Of a DNA stretch of 64,000 nt, positions 36,631 to 44,164 are shown in pieces; positions within the stretch are counted from its first letter, which is position 1; each line of letters starts with the position of its first letter. The stretch covers positions 1,616-65,615 of the forward strand of contig CAYVOW010000003.1 in the NCBI GenBank assembly GCA_964453585.1, in the 5' to 3' direction. The position numbers and the translations under genes are program-made. The DNA comes from an uncultured Micropruina sp. GTDB lineage: Bacteria; Actinomycetota; Actinomycetes; Propionibacteriales; Propionibacteriaceae. The notes under the pieces are model-generated. The model searched no databases and was not told where the DNA came from. It worked only from the letters and a program-made list of their open reading frames with translations.

Positions 36631-38520
36631 ATGAGCGAACTCGAAGGCGACGTCTACTACCCAGACCCGAGCATCGCCGCCACTTCCCACGTCCCGAACG
36701 CGGATCAGTTGCGCGCCGAGGCGCTGGCGGACCCGGCCGGTTTCTGGGCCGATCGCGCGTCCGAGTTGGAGTGGTTCAAGCCCTGGGACAAGGTGATCGA
36801 CGACTCGAACGCGCCGTTCTACAAGTGGTTCACCGGGGCCGAGGTGAACATCGTCCACAACTGCCTGGACCGGCACATGAGCGGGCCGAACAAGAACAAG
36901 CTGGCGCTGATCTGGCAGTCCGAGGACGGGCAGGAGCACAAGACGTTCAGCTACTTCTCGCTGCACCGGCGGGTGAACCAGATGGCCAACATCATCAAGG
37001 CGATGGGCGTCACCAAGGGCGACCGGGTCACCATCTACCTGCCGCGCATCCCCGAGGTGTTCTTCGCCATGCTGGCCTGCGCGAAGATCGGCGCGATCCA
37101 CTCGGTGATCTTCGCCGGCTTCTCCGCTGACGCCCTGACCGACCGGATCGACGACTCGCAGTCCAAGCTGGTGATCACCGCGGACGGCTCGTGGATCAAC
37201 GGCAGCGTTTTCCCGCTCAAGGAGATCGTGGACAAGGCGGTGAGGTTTTCGCCGACGGTGGAGAACGTGATCGTGGTGAAGCGGACCGGCAGCTCGGTCA
37301 CGATGGATCCCCTGCGCGACCACTGGTACCACGACCTGCTGGCGCTGCCGATCGCCAAGGGCACCTGCGAAACCGTGCCGGTGGACGCCGAGCACCCGCT
37401 CTACATCCTCTACACGTCCGGGTCGACTGGGAAGCCCAAGGCGATCCTGCACACCCACGGCGGCTACATGGTGGGCATCTACACGACCCTGAAGTACTGC
37501 TTCGACATGCGGCCCGAGGATCGCTGGTGGTGCACCGCAGACCCAGGCTGGGTGACCGGTCACTCGTATCTGGTTTACGGTCCGCTGCTGACCGGGGCGA
37601 CCACGTTCATGTTCGAGGGCGGGCCGACGTTCCCGTACCCCAGCCGCTGGTGGCAACTGGTCGAGTACTACGGGATCACGCAGTTCTACACCGCGCCGAC
37701 CGCGATTCGGTCGCTGATGCGTTTTGGCGAGGCGTGGCCGAACCGCCACGACCTGTCGTCGCTGCGGATCCTCGGCTCGGTCGGGGAGCCGATCAACCCC
37801 GAAGCCTGGCATTGGTTCCACCGGGTGATCGGCAAGGAGAAGATCCCGGTGATCGACACCTGGTGGCAGACCGAGACCGGCATGTTCCAGATCACCCAGG
37901 TGCCGGGCGAGCCGCAGAAGCCGGGCTCGGGCGGCAAGCCGTTCTTCGGCCAGGACGCCGCCATCCTCAACGAGGCCGGCGAGGAGGTGCCGGACGGCGA
38001 CGAGGGCTTCCTGGTGCTGAAGAACCCGTGGCCGGCGATGTTCCGGACGCTCTACGGTGACGACGACCGCTACGTGAGCACGTACTGGGCCAAGTATCCC
38101 GGCGTCTACCTGGCCGGGGACGCGGCCCGCCGGGACGCCGACGGCTACTTCTGGATCATCGGTCGCACCGACGACGTGATCAACGTGTCCGGGCATCGGC
38201 TGGGCACCGCCGAGGTCGAGTCGGCCCTGGTCTCCCACCCGGACGTCACCGAGGCGGCCGTGGTGGGACTGCCGCACGAGGTCAAAGGCCAGGCGATCCA
38301 CGCCTTCGTCACCCTACGGGTGGGCCAGACCGGGAGTCCCGACCTGGCCGAGGAGTTGCGCCGGCACGTGGCCAACCACCTGTCGCCAATCGCCAAGCCG
38401 GACGCGATTGACTTCCCGGACAAGCTGCCCAAGACCCGCTCAGGCAAGATCATGCGACGGGTGCTGAAGGCGCGGGCGCTGGGGCAGGACGAGGGCGACC
38501 TGACCACTCTGGAGGATTGA
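36631..38520 (+). CDS. acs: Acetyl-CoA synthetase (acetate--CoA ligase)
   Basis: FWADRASELEWFKPWDKV, NCLDRH, YTSGSTGKPKA (AMP-binding motif), WWCTADPGWVTGHSY, GEPINPEAW, WWQTETG, DGYFWIIGRTDDVINVSGHRLGTAEVES, PKTRSGKIMRR. Confidence 0.97.
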   Translation: MSELEGDVYYPDPSIAATSHVPNADQLRAEALADPAGFWADRASELEWFKPWDKVIDDSNAPFYKWFTGAEVNIVHNCLDRHMSGPNKNKLALIWQSEDGQEHKTFSYFSLHRRVNQMANIIKAMGVTKGDRVTIYLPRIPEVFFAMLACAKIGAIHSVIFAGFSADALTDRIDDSQSKLVITADGSWINGSVFPLKEIVDKAVRFSPTVENVIVVKRTGSSVTMDPLRDHWYHDLLALPIAKGTCETVPVDAEHPLYILYTSGSTGKPKAILHTHGGYMVGIYTTLKYCFDMRPEDRWWCTADPGWVTGHSYLVYGPLLTGATTFMFEGGPTFPYPSRWWQLVEYYGITQFYTAPTAIRSLMRFGEAWPNRHDLSSLRILGSVGEPINPEAWHWFHRVIGKEKIPVIDTWWQTETGMFQITQVPGEPQKPGSGGKPFFGQDAAILNEAGEEVPDGDEGFLVLKNPWPAMFRTLYGDDDRYVSTYWAKYPGVYLAGDAARRDADGYFWIIGRTDDVINVSGHRLGTAEVESALVSHPDVTEAAVVGLPHEVKGQAIHAFVTLRVGQTGSPDLAEELRRHVANHLSPIAKPDAIDFPDKLPKTRSGKIMRRVLKARALGQDEGDLTTLED

Positions 38521-38523
38521 CAA

Positions 38524-38551
38524 GAGCCCGCCCCCTGCGGGGTGCGGGCTC
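38524..38551. terminator. Bidirectional GC-rich hairpin between acs and micro-ORF c
   Basis: GAGCCCGCCCC-ctgc-GGGGTGCGGGCTC, starting 4 nt after the acs stop. Confidence 0.6.
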
Positions 38552-38580
38552 GGTGTTCGTCGTCGTTGAGTCTTGGAGAC

Positions 38581-38676
38581 TCAGGCGCGGCGCTTGCGGC
38601 GGCCCTGGCGGATCTCCTCGTCCAACGGCTGGACGCGTTGGGCATTGATCCAACGGCGCCAACTGGTGTTCAACAT
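38581..38676 (-). CDS. Micro-ORF c, 31 aa, basic C-terminus (hypothetical small protein)
   Basis: Own translation: MLNTSWRRWINAQRVQPLDEEIRQGRRKRRA. 27 of 31 third positions are G/C. GAGAGGGGG lies 9 nt upstream of the ATG. It is below the size cut-off of the ORF track. Confidence 0.35.
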   Translation of the reverse strand: MLNTSWRRWINAQRVQPLDEEIRQGRRKRRA

Positions 38677-38716
38677 GATGTTCGACCCCCTCTCACCGGA
38701 TCTCGTAACGATTATT

Positions 38717-38722
38717 AGTCTA
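38717..38722 (-). promoter_or_regulatory. Candidate -10 hexamer TAGACT upstream of micro-ORF c
   Basis: Reverse strand: gtcagcTAGACTAATAATCgttacg... about 40 nt before the ATG. The motif TAGACTAA(T/A)AATC recurs upstream of micro-ORF b. Confidence 0.35.
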
Positions 38723-38929
38723 GCTGACCTTCACGTTTCAACAAGTTCGGCAGATGATGAAATGCCGTGCTAGCGGGGCTTGAAAGCGGAGAATCCACGG
38801 TCTGAGAGGTCTTGCACGGTGAAAGATCTTGCCAGCGCTCGAACGTCGAACCCGGCTCCGGAGCTTTGGTTGCTACGCGTTGGCGATGCGTGAGCGCGAT
38901 GGGTCGCCTGCCGTAGCCCAGACATGGTG

Positions 38930-38964
38930 AAAGCCCGTCATCACCACGGTGTGATGCGGGCTTT
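38930..38964. terminator. Strong hairpin immediately downstream of micro-ORF a
   Basis: AAAGCCCG(t)CATCAC-cacggt-GTGATGCGGGCTTT: a 14-bp stem with one bulge and A/T tracts on both flanks. Confidence 0.6.
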
Positions 38965-38984
38965 GGGGAAATGTTGTGAGCCGG

Positions 38985-39077
38985 TCAGGCCTGCTCGGTG
39001 ACGGAACCGTTCTCCAAGCGGAGCTGATCGTGGGCGATCAGGCGGTAGCCATCCATCCAGCGCTGCAGTGGATTCAT
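38985..39077 (-). CDS. Micro-ORF a, 30 aa (hypothetical small protein, paralogue of micro-ORF b)
   Basis: Own translation: MNPLQRWMDGYRLIAHDQLRLENGSVTEQA. A perfect SD (GAAGGAGGTGA) ends 6 nt before the ATG. The terminator hairpin begins 20 nt after the stop. Confidence 0.45.
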   Translation of the reverse strand: MNPLQRWMDGYRLIAHDQLRLENGSVTEQA

Positions 39078-39125
39078 TCGGGGTCACCTCCTTCGGGTGC
39101 TGGTGCCTCGACCGATGGGAGTCGG

Positions 39126-39209
39126 TCAGGCCTGGTTGTCGCGCTCGAGGCGCAGTTCCTGCTCGGAGAGCCAGCGGAACTGGTCACTCATGAGATCGAA
39201 GAGGGTCAT
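39126..39209 (-). CDS. Micro-ORF b, 27 aa (hypothetical small protein, paralogue of micro-ORF a)
   Basis: Own translation: MTLFDLMSDQFRWLSEQELRLERDNQA. The SD AAAGGAGGTA ends 6 nt before the ATG. It aligns without gaps to micro-ORF a over residues 1-23. Confidence 0.45.
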   Translation of the reverse strand: MTLFDLMSDQFRWLSEQELRLERDNQA

Positions 39210-39233
39210 CGTGGTACCTCCTTTCTGATTTTT

Positions 39234-39239
39234 AGTCTA
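39234..39239 (-). promoter_or_regulatory. Candidate -10 hexamer TAGACT upstream of micro-ORF b, inside an AT-rich inverted repeat
   Basis: Reverse strand: TGATTTAGTttgtTAGACTAAAAATCAgaAAGGAGG. TAGACT lies 24 nt before the ATG. The imperfect palindrome TGATTTAGT/ACTAAAAATCA spans 39226-39252. Confidence 0.35.
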
Positions 39240-39270
39240 ACAAACTAAATCAAGGATGCAATCTGACCGG

Positions 39271-39477
39271 TCAGTCGGCGGTCGGTGGAGGTGTCCGGGC
39301 GGCCTCGATCCTGGCCTTCGCGCCGTCCAGCCACTGCTGGCAGGTGCGGGCCAGCACCTCGCCGCGCTCCCACAGCTCCAGGGATTTGGACAGTGGCACG
39401 TTCCCGGATTCGAGCTGTCGGACGATCTCGATCAGCTCGTCGCGGGCCTGTTCGTAGCCGACCGGTTCGCCAGTCAT
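39271..39477 (-). CDS. xseB: Exodeoxyribonuclease VII small subunit
   Basis: 68 aa, YEQARDELIEIVRQLESGNVPLSKSLELWERGEVLARTCQQWLDGA. It overlaps the xseA stop by 4 nt. Confidence 0.93.
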   Translation of the reverse strand: MTGEPVGYEQARDELIEIVRQLESGNVPLSKSLELWERGEVLARTCQQWLDGAKARIEAARTPPPTAD

Positions 39478-40697
39478 CGTTCCTCCTGATGGACGTCGAG
39501 GACGGCCAGGTCCAGTTGGCCGTCGCTGAGGTGAGCGAGCAGGTTGTCGCCGGCTCTGGTGTCGCCGACCTTGGCGACGGTTGATCCGTCGGGACCCACA
39601 AGGATGGCGTAGCCCCTGGCCAGGGTCGCCTTGGGGGAGAGGGAGCGGACCCGCTGCAGGGCATGCTCAATGGTCCGCTCGCCCTCCCGGAGCCGCTCGT
39701 CGGTGGCTCGGCGGAGTTGCTCGACGCTCCGCGTCAAGCGCTCGCTGTGCAGATCCAGACTGGCGGTCGGGGCCTTGAGCACCGGTCGTGACACCAGATC
39801 GGCGAGCCGCCGTCGCTCGGAGTCGATCCGCTGGCCCGCCGCGGTCCGGATTCGCTCCCGCGCCTGCGCCACCCGGTTCGCCTCCTCCGCGGCGTCGGGC
39901 ACCACCCGCTTGGCGGCGTCGGTCGGCGTCGAAGCCCGCAGATCCGCGACCAGGTCGAGGATCGGGGTGTCGCTCTCGTGGCCGATCGCGCTGACCACGG
40001 GCGTCCGGCAGCGGTGGACGGCCCGGGCCAGCCCCTCGTCGGAGAACGGCAGCAGATCCTCGATCGACCCGCCGCCGCGGGCGACGATGATCACGTCCAC
40101 CTCGGGGTGCCGATCGAGGGCCGCCAGGGCCGCCACCACCTGCTCGGCGCAGGACGGCCCCTGCATCAGGGCGTACCTGATCTCCAGGACGGCGGCCGGC
40201 CAGCGGCGCCGGACGTTCTCGACCACGTCCCGCTCGGCGGCGCTCTTGTCGCCGGTGATCAGCCCGATTCGACGCGGCAGGAAGGGCAGTCGCCGCTTCA
40301 GCGCCGGATCAAACAGGCCCTCGGCCTGGAGCAGGCGCTTGCGCTGATCCAACTGCGCCAGCAGTCGGCCTTCGCCGGCCGGCCGGATGTCGCGGCACTC
40401 GAAGGTGAGCGACCCCGACTGCGACCACAGCGTCGGCTTCACCCAGGCGGTCACCCCCGTGCCCTCGGTGAGTGGTCCGGCCGCATCCAGCACAGCCGTC
40501 GAGATCGACACCCGAACCGACACCTCGGCCAGCTTGTCGCGCAGCGTCAGAAAGTGGGTGGCGGCACCGGCGCGCCGGGTCAGTTGGATCAGCTGGGCCT
40601 CCACCCACACCGCTCCCAGCCGCTCGACCCAGTCCTTGGTGGCGGCCACCACCGCCCGCAGCGGCTGCGGGTTCTCGGGGGAGTTGGCGAGCGCCAT
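39474..40697 (-). CDS. xseA: Exodeoxyribonuclease VII large subunit
   Basis: WVEAQLIQLTRR, SGSLTFECRDIRPAGEGRL, LPFLPRRIGLITGDKSAAERD, DVIIVARGGGSIEDLLPF, PVVSAIGHESDTPILDLVAD. Confidence 0.95.
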   Translation of the reverse strand: MALANSPENPQPLRAVVAATKDWVERLGAVWVEAQLIQLTRRAGAATHFLTLRDKLAEVSVRVSISTAVLDAAGPLTEGTGVTAWVKPTLWSQSGSLTFECRDIRPAGEGRLLAQLDQRKRLLQAEGLFDPALKRRLPFLPRRIGLITGDKSAAERDVVENVRRRWPAAVLEIRYALMQGPSCAEQVVAALAALDRHPEVDVIIVARGGGSIEDLLPFSDEGLARAVHRCRTPVVSAIGHESDTPILDLVADLRASTPTDAAKRVVPDAAEEANRVAQARERIRTAAGQRIDSERRRLADLVSRPVLKAPTASLDLHSERLTRSVEQLRRATDERLREGERTIEHALQRVRSLSPKATLARGYAILVGPDGSTVAKVGDTRAGDNLLAHLSDGQLDLAVLDVHQEER

Positions 40698-40701
40698 CCG
40701 G

Positions 40702-40896
40702 TCAGCCCTTGCCGCGGCGAGCGGCCTCGCGCAGGGTCTCGTCCGGAATCAACCCGTGCCCCCTCACCCGCGCCGGGACGAGGCCGGGCGCCGCCGAGAG
40801 ATGGGCCGCGAAGATCGCGCAGAAGGCGTCCCAGGGGAGGCCGGTCACCCCCCGCGGGGCGGCTTGCTCGTGGAGCAGGGTGGTGTAGTCGTCCAT
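40702..40896 (-). CDS. Small hypothetical protein (64 aa) heading the xseA-xseB transcription unit
   Basis: Nearly every third position is G/C in my own codon read-out. It stops 4 nt before the xseA start. On the reverse strand a TAGGCT -10 box (40903-40908) lies 6 nt before its ATG. No family recognised. Confidence 0.45.
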   Translation of the reverse strand: MDDYTTLLHEQAAPRGVTGLPWDAFCAIFAAHLSAAPGLVPARVRGHGLIPDETLREAARRGKG

Positions 40897-40902
40897 GCGG
40901 CC

Positions 40903-40908
40903 AGCCTA
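40903..40908 (-). promoter_or_regulatory. Candidate -10 hexamer TAGGCT for a leaderless transcript of the 64-aa ORF/xseAB
   Basis: Reverse strand: cgTAGGCTggccgcATG. Confidence 0.4.
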
Positions 40909-40938
40909 CGGGCCAGCTCCGACACTGGCCGCGCGGCC

Positions 40939-40944
40939 TAGACT
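40939..40944 (+). promoter_or_regulatory. Candidate -10 hexamer TAGACT for leaderless ispH
   Basis: ccTAGACTggcgcccATG: 7 nt to the ATG and no SD. Confidence 0.45.
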
Positions 40945-40951
40945 GGCGCCC

Positions 40952-41908
40952 ATGTCGGATGGCAAGAAGGTCGTGCTCGCCGCCCCCCGGGGGTACTGCG
41001 CGGGGGTTGACCGAGCAGTGGTCACGGTGGAGCGAGCCCTGGACGTGTACGGCCCGCCGGTCTACGTCCGCAAGCAGATCGTGCACAACCGGCACGTGGT
41101 CGAGGACCTGGAAGCACGCGGCGCGATCTTCGTCGAGGAGTTGGACGCGGTGCCGACCGGGGCGACGGTGGTCTTCTCAGCGCACGGGGTATCGCCGGCC
41201 GTCCATGCCGAGGCCGCCGAGCGGGGACTCAAGACCATCGACGCCACCTGCCCTTTGGTGACGAAGGTGCACAACGAGGCGAAGCGGTTCGCCAACCAGG
41301 GCTTGCAGATTCTGCTGATCGGTCACGCCGGCCACGAAGAGGTGGAGGGGACGACCGGAGAGGCGCCCGAGCACATCACCCTGGTCGAGCATCCCGACGA
41401 TGTGGCGTCGGTGGAGATCGAGGACGCCAGCCGGGTCGCCTGGCTGTCCCAGACCACGCTGAGCGTGGACGAGACCTGGCAGACCGTGACCAAGCTGCGG
41501 GAGAAGTTCCCGCAGTTGATCGACCCGCCCAGCGACGACATCTGCTACGCGACGTCGAATCGGCAGGCGGCCATCAAGCAGATCGCCGCGCACTCCGATC
41601 TGGTGATCGTGGTCGGGTCGCAGAACTCGTCCAACTCGGTGCGGTTGGTGGAAGTGGCCCTGGAGTCGGGGGCAAAGGCGGCTCATCGGGTCGACAACGC
41701 CGGCGAGATCGATCCCGCCTGGCTGGACGGGGTCACGTCGGTCGGCGTCACGTCCGGGGCCTCCGTTCCCGAGGAACTGGTCCAGGGCGTCCTGAGCTAC
41801 TTGGAGGAGCAGGGCTACCCGGCCGCGGTCGAGGAGCGGCTGACGGAGGAGAACCTCGTGTTCGCCCTGCCGCCGGAGTTGCGCAAGGACCTGCGCAAGC
41901 AGGGCTAG
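40952..41908 (+). CDS. ispH: 4-hydroxy-3-methylbut-2-enyl diphosphate reductase
   Basis: [97 protein letters not shown] at 40952. Confidence 0.96.
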   Translation: MSDGKKVVLAAPRGYCAGVDRAVVTVERALDVYGPPVYVRKQIVHNRHVVEDLEARGAIFVEELDAVPTGATVVFSAHGVSPAVHAEAAERGLKTIDATCPLVTKVHNEAKRFANQGLQILLIGHAGHEEVEGTTGEAPEHITLVEHPDDVASVEIEDASRVAWLSQTTLSVDETWQTVTKLREKFPQLIDPPSDDICYATSNRQAAIKQIAAHSDLVIVVGSQNSSNSVRLVEVALESGAKAAHRVDNAGEIDPAWLDGVTSVGVTSGASVPEELVQGVLSYLEEQGYPAAVEERLTEENLVFALPPELRKDLRKQG

Positions 41909-42879
41909 GTGCGTCCCACCGAATCGTTCGAGGACCTCTCGGCCAGTTACCGATGGTTCGCCGACGAGGCGGCTCCGACGTCGCCGGTGTGGGCGGAGCT
42001 CTGTCGGTGGATCGCTGTCACTCTGGACGTGCTGCGTCGGTTGGAGCCTTTTCGAGGCCAAGCACGCCGGCCGAACCTCTTCCTGGGGGCGTTGCGGTAC
42101 CTCGATGCCCCCAGCCAAGGAGGGCCCGAGTTACTCGTCTGGCTTGAGCGTCGCTGGCCCGAGGTGGAGCGGGTCCTGGTGACCCGTTCCACGCAAACCA
42201 ATGAGGCCGGACGCTGCGCCGTCCTGGCTCCGGTGCTGGCCTCGTTGCCAGGTCCGCTCTACCTGATCGAGGTTGGTGCGTCAGCAGGACTGTGCCTCTA
42301 CCCGGACCGCTACGGCTATCGCTACTCGGTGGGTTCGGCCTCGATCGCGGTGGGCGACCAGGGAACCTGCCAGATCGACTGCGCCGTGGCCGGCGCGGGG
42401 CTGCCTCCCGGGGTGCCGGTGATCGGGGAGCGGATCGGCATCGACTTGAACCCGCTGGACGCCGGGGACGCCGACACGGTGGCCTGGCTGGCGGCGCTGG
42501 TGTGGCCCGGCGAGGAGGAGCGCGAGGCGCGGTTGCGGCGATGCTGTTCGGCCGTGGCTGGCTGGCGGCCGCAGCTCCAGCGAGGGGACGCGCTGCAGGC
42601 GCTGCCGGCGTTGTTGGAGAACGTCCCTTCACCGATGACGCCGGTGGTGCTGCATTCGGCCGTCCTGGCCTACCTCGGTCCTCAGGAGAGGGCCGACTTC
42701 GCTGCGATGGTGTCCGCCGCACCGGCGCACTGGGTGTCGCTGGAGGGTGCCGGGGTGATCGATCAGGTGGCGCGGCGACTACCCCAGGACCGGCCCGCCG
42801 CTCCCCACTTCGTCCTAGTCCTCGACGGGGAGCCGCTGGCGTCGCTGGTCAGCATGGGCCCTGGATTCAATGGCTATGA
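41909..42879 (+). pseudogene. DUF2332-family gene with an apparent 1-nt frame disruption near 42846-42853 (pseudogene or sequencing error)
   Basis: The main frame reads ...HFVLVLDGEPLASLVS, then runs stop-free to 43468, antisense to a convincing reverse-strand gene. The adjacent frame reads ...QHGPWIQWL-stop at 42877-42879, which looks like a natural C-terminus for this family. Confidence 0.55.
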
Positions 42880-43581
42880 GGGCAGTTCGGCTCGCGTGAG
42901 GCGGTTGGGACGAGTCAGTCCGGCCCGGCGTAACTCGAGTTCCGCCAGCGCGTTGATGACCGCGCCGTCGTTGGTGCGCCAGGCGGCCACCGGGTCGTCG
43001 CTGATCTTGGCGAGCTCGTGGAACGGTTGGGTCGCCAGGGCCCTGAGGGCCAGAAGTTCCAGGTCGGGCTGGGCGTCGATGAACCGAGCCGCTGCGTTCG
43101 AGTTTCGGACGAATCTGAGTCGCCCGGGCAGCCAGAACGCGATGACGCTCAGCACCGGGATCAGGAACACCAGCCACCCTGTGAAGGTCGCAACGGTTTC
43201 GATGCTGGCCACCTGCTGGTTGGCCGAGTTGACGATGTCGGCGAGACCGGCTGCAGCGGCGTCCAATGGCTGGCGGAGGGTGCTGCCCGCGACGGGGAGG
43301 GTCGCGACCGAACCGGCGGCGTCGGACAGGGATCGGCGCATCGCCTCGGCCGCCGCGGATGTCTGCCGGGCGGGTTCGGCGATCGCCCTGATCAGCGCAT
43401 CGGCAGCGAGTCCGGTGAACCACCAGCCGACCCCCCAAACCAGGACGAAGGCGTCACTCACGATCTGACGGGTCAGCTTCCACGATGGACGGGCGTAGAG
43501 GTGCACGGGTTTCCCTTCGAGTACGGCTGCGTTTCCATCGTGCTGTCCGCTCGGGGGGTCGGCAAGCGTGAGTGGGTCCAT
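42874..43581 (-). CDS. Conserved-looking hypothetical membrane protein
   Basis: MDPLTLADPP...VSDAFVLVWGVGWWFTGLAADALI and TFTGWLVFLIPVLSVIAFWLPG are TM helices. The start is uncertain (ATG 43581 or 43644). Confidence 0.6.
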   Translation of the reverse strand: MDPLTLADPPSGQHDGNAAVLEGKPVHLYARPSWKLTRQIVSDAFVLVWGVGWWFTGLAADALIRAIAEPARQTSAAAEAMRRSLSDAAGSVATLPVAGSTLRQPLDAAAAGLADIVNSANQQVASIETVATFTGWLVFLIPVLSVIAFWLPGRLRFVRNSNAAARFIDAQPDLELLALRALATQPFHELAKISDDPVAAWRTNDGAVINALAELELRRAGLTRPNRLTRAELPS

Positions 43582-43683
43582 GCCAAGGGGTGGTGTTGGT
43601 CTCAGGGCTCGAATCAGGCCCCGCCGGCGTTCGGCGACGGGCATGCTGCGGGGGTCCGTGCACCCCACGAAAGCCCGACGTCG

Positions 43684-44157
43684 ATGGACTCCGCCACCGT
43701 TGAATACCGCCCCAGCGTCCGCGGGTTGATCCTTCCGCTGGGCGTCCTCTCCGGGGCGCATCTCGCGCTCGACTTCGTCGTGCTCTGCATCCCGGTGATT
43801 GGCCTGATCACCGGCAAGGACGTGGTGGGTGGCCTGATCGGCAATCTCTCCGAGATCGGGCCGATCGTGGCCGGGTTCATCGTCATGGTGGCTGCCCAGG
43901 TGCTCGTCCGGGTCTGGACCGCGCTCCGCTGGCGGATCCAGGTGACTCCGGACGAGGTCCGCGAGGTGGGCCTGATCCGGACCAAGGTGTTCCCGCGGGC
44001 GGGCATCGTCAAGGTGACCCAGATCAACCTGCTGAGCTCGATGAGCGTGCGCTACCGGCTGCGCTACGACACCGGTCGGACCCGCGTCCTGTCGGGCTGG
44101 ACGCTGAGCCAGGCCGACGCCGACGCACTGGGGAATCGGTTGGCGAGCGCGACCTGA
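43684..44157 (+). CDS. Hypothetical membrane protein, possibly bacterial PH-like C-terminal domain
   Basis: Two TM helices (GLILPLGVLSGAHLALDFVVLCIPVIGLI, IGPIVAGFIVMVAAQVLV) followed by WRIQVTPDEVREVGLIRTKVFPRAGIVKV. The track ORF from 43018 is an upstream extension. Confidence 0.55.
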   Translation: MDSATVEYRPSVRGLILPLGVLSGAHLALDFVVLCIPVIGLITGKDVVGGLIGNLSEIGPIVAGFIVMVAAQVLVRVWTALRWRIQVTPDEVREVGLIRTKVFPRAGIVKVTQINLLSSMSVRYRLRYDTGRTRVLSGWTLSQADADALGNRLASAT

Positions 44158-44164
44158 GCCTCGG

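Noticed and set aside
38573-38773. 66-aa plus-strand ORF overlapping micro-ORF c
   Set aside because: Its 3' half runs into AT-rich sequence with poor GC3. It lacks an SD and would begin inside the acs terminator. The reverse-strand 31-codon frame has better coding statistics, although neither frame is proven.
38820-38870. tRNA-like T-arm (GGGTTCGACG) in the acs-xseB gap
   Set aside because: The flanking sequence cannot be folded into acceptor, D and anticodon arms, and the T-loop consensus GGTTCGAATCC is not met.
41909-43468. Reading the DUF2332 ORF as a genuine 519-aa protein
   Set aside because: The last ~200 codons are Ser/Ala/Arg-rich and lie antisense to a membrane-protein gene with clear TM helices. 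A family-like C-terminus plus stop exists in the adjacent frame at 42877-42879.
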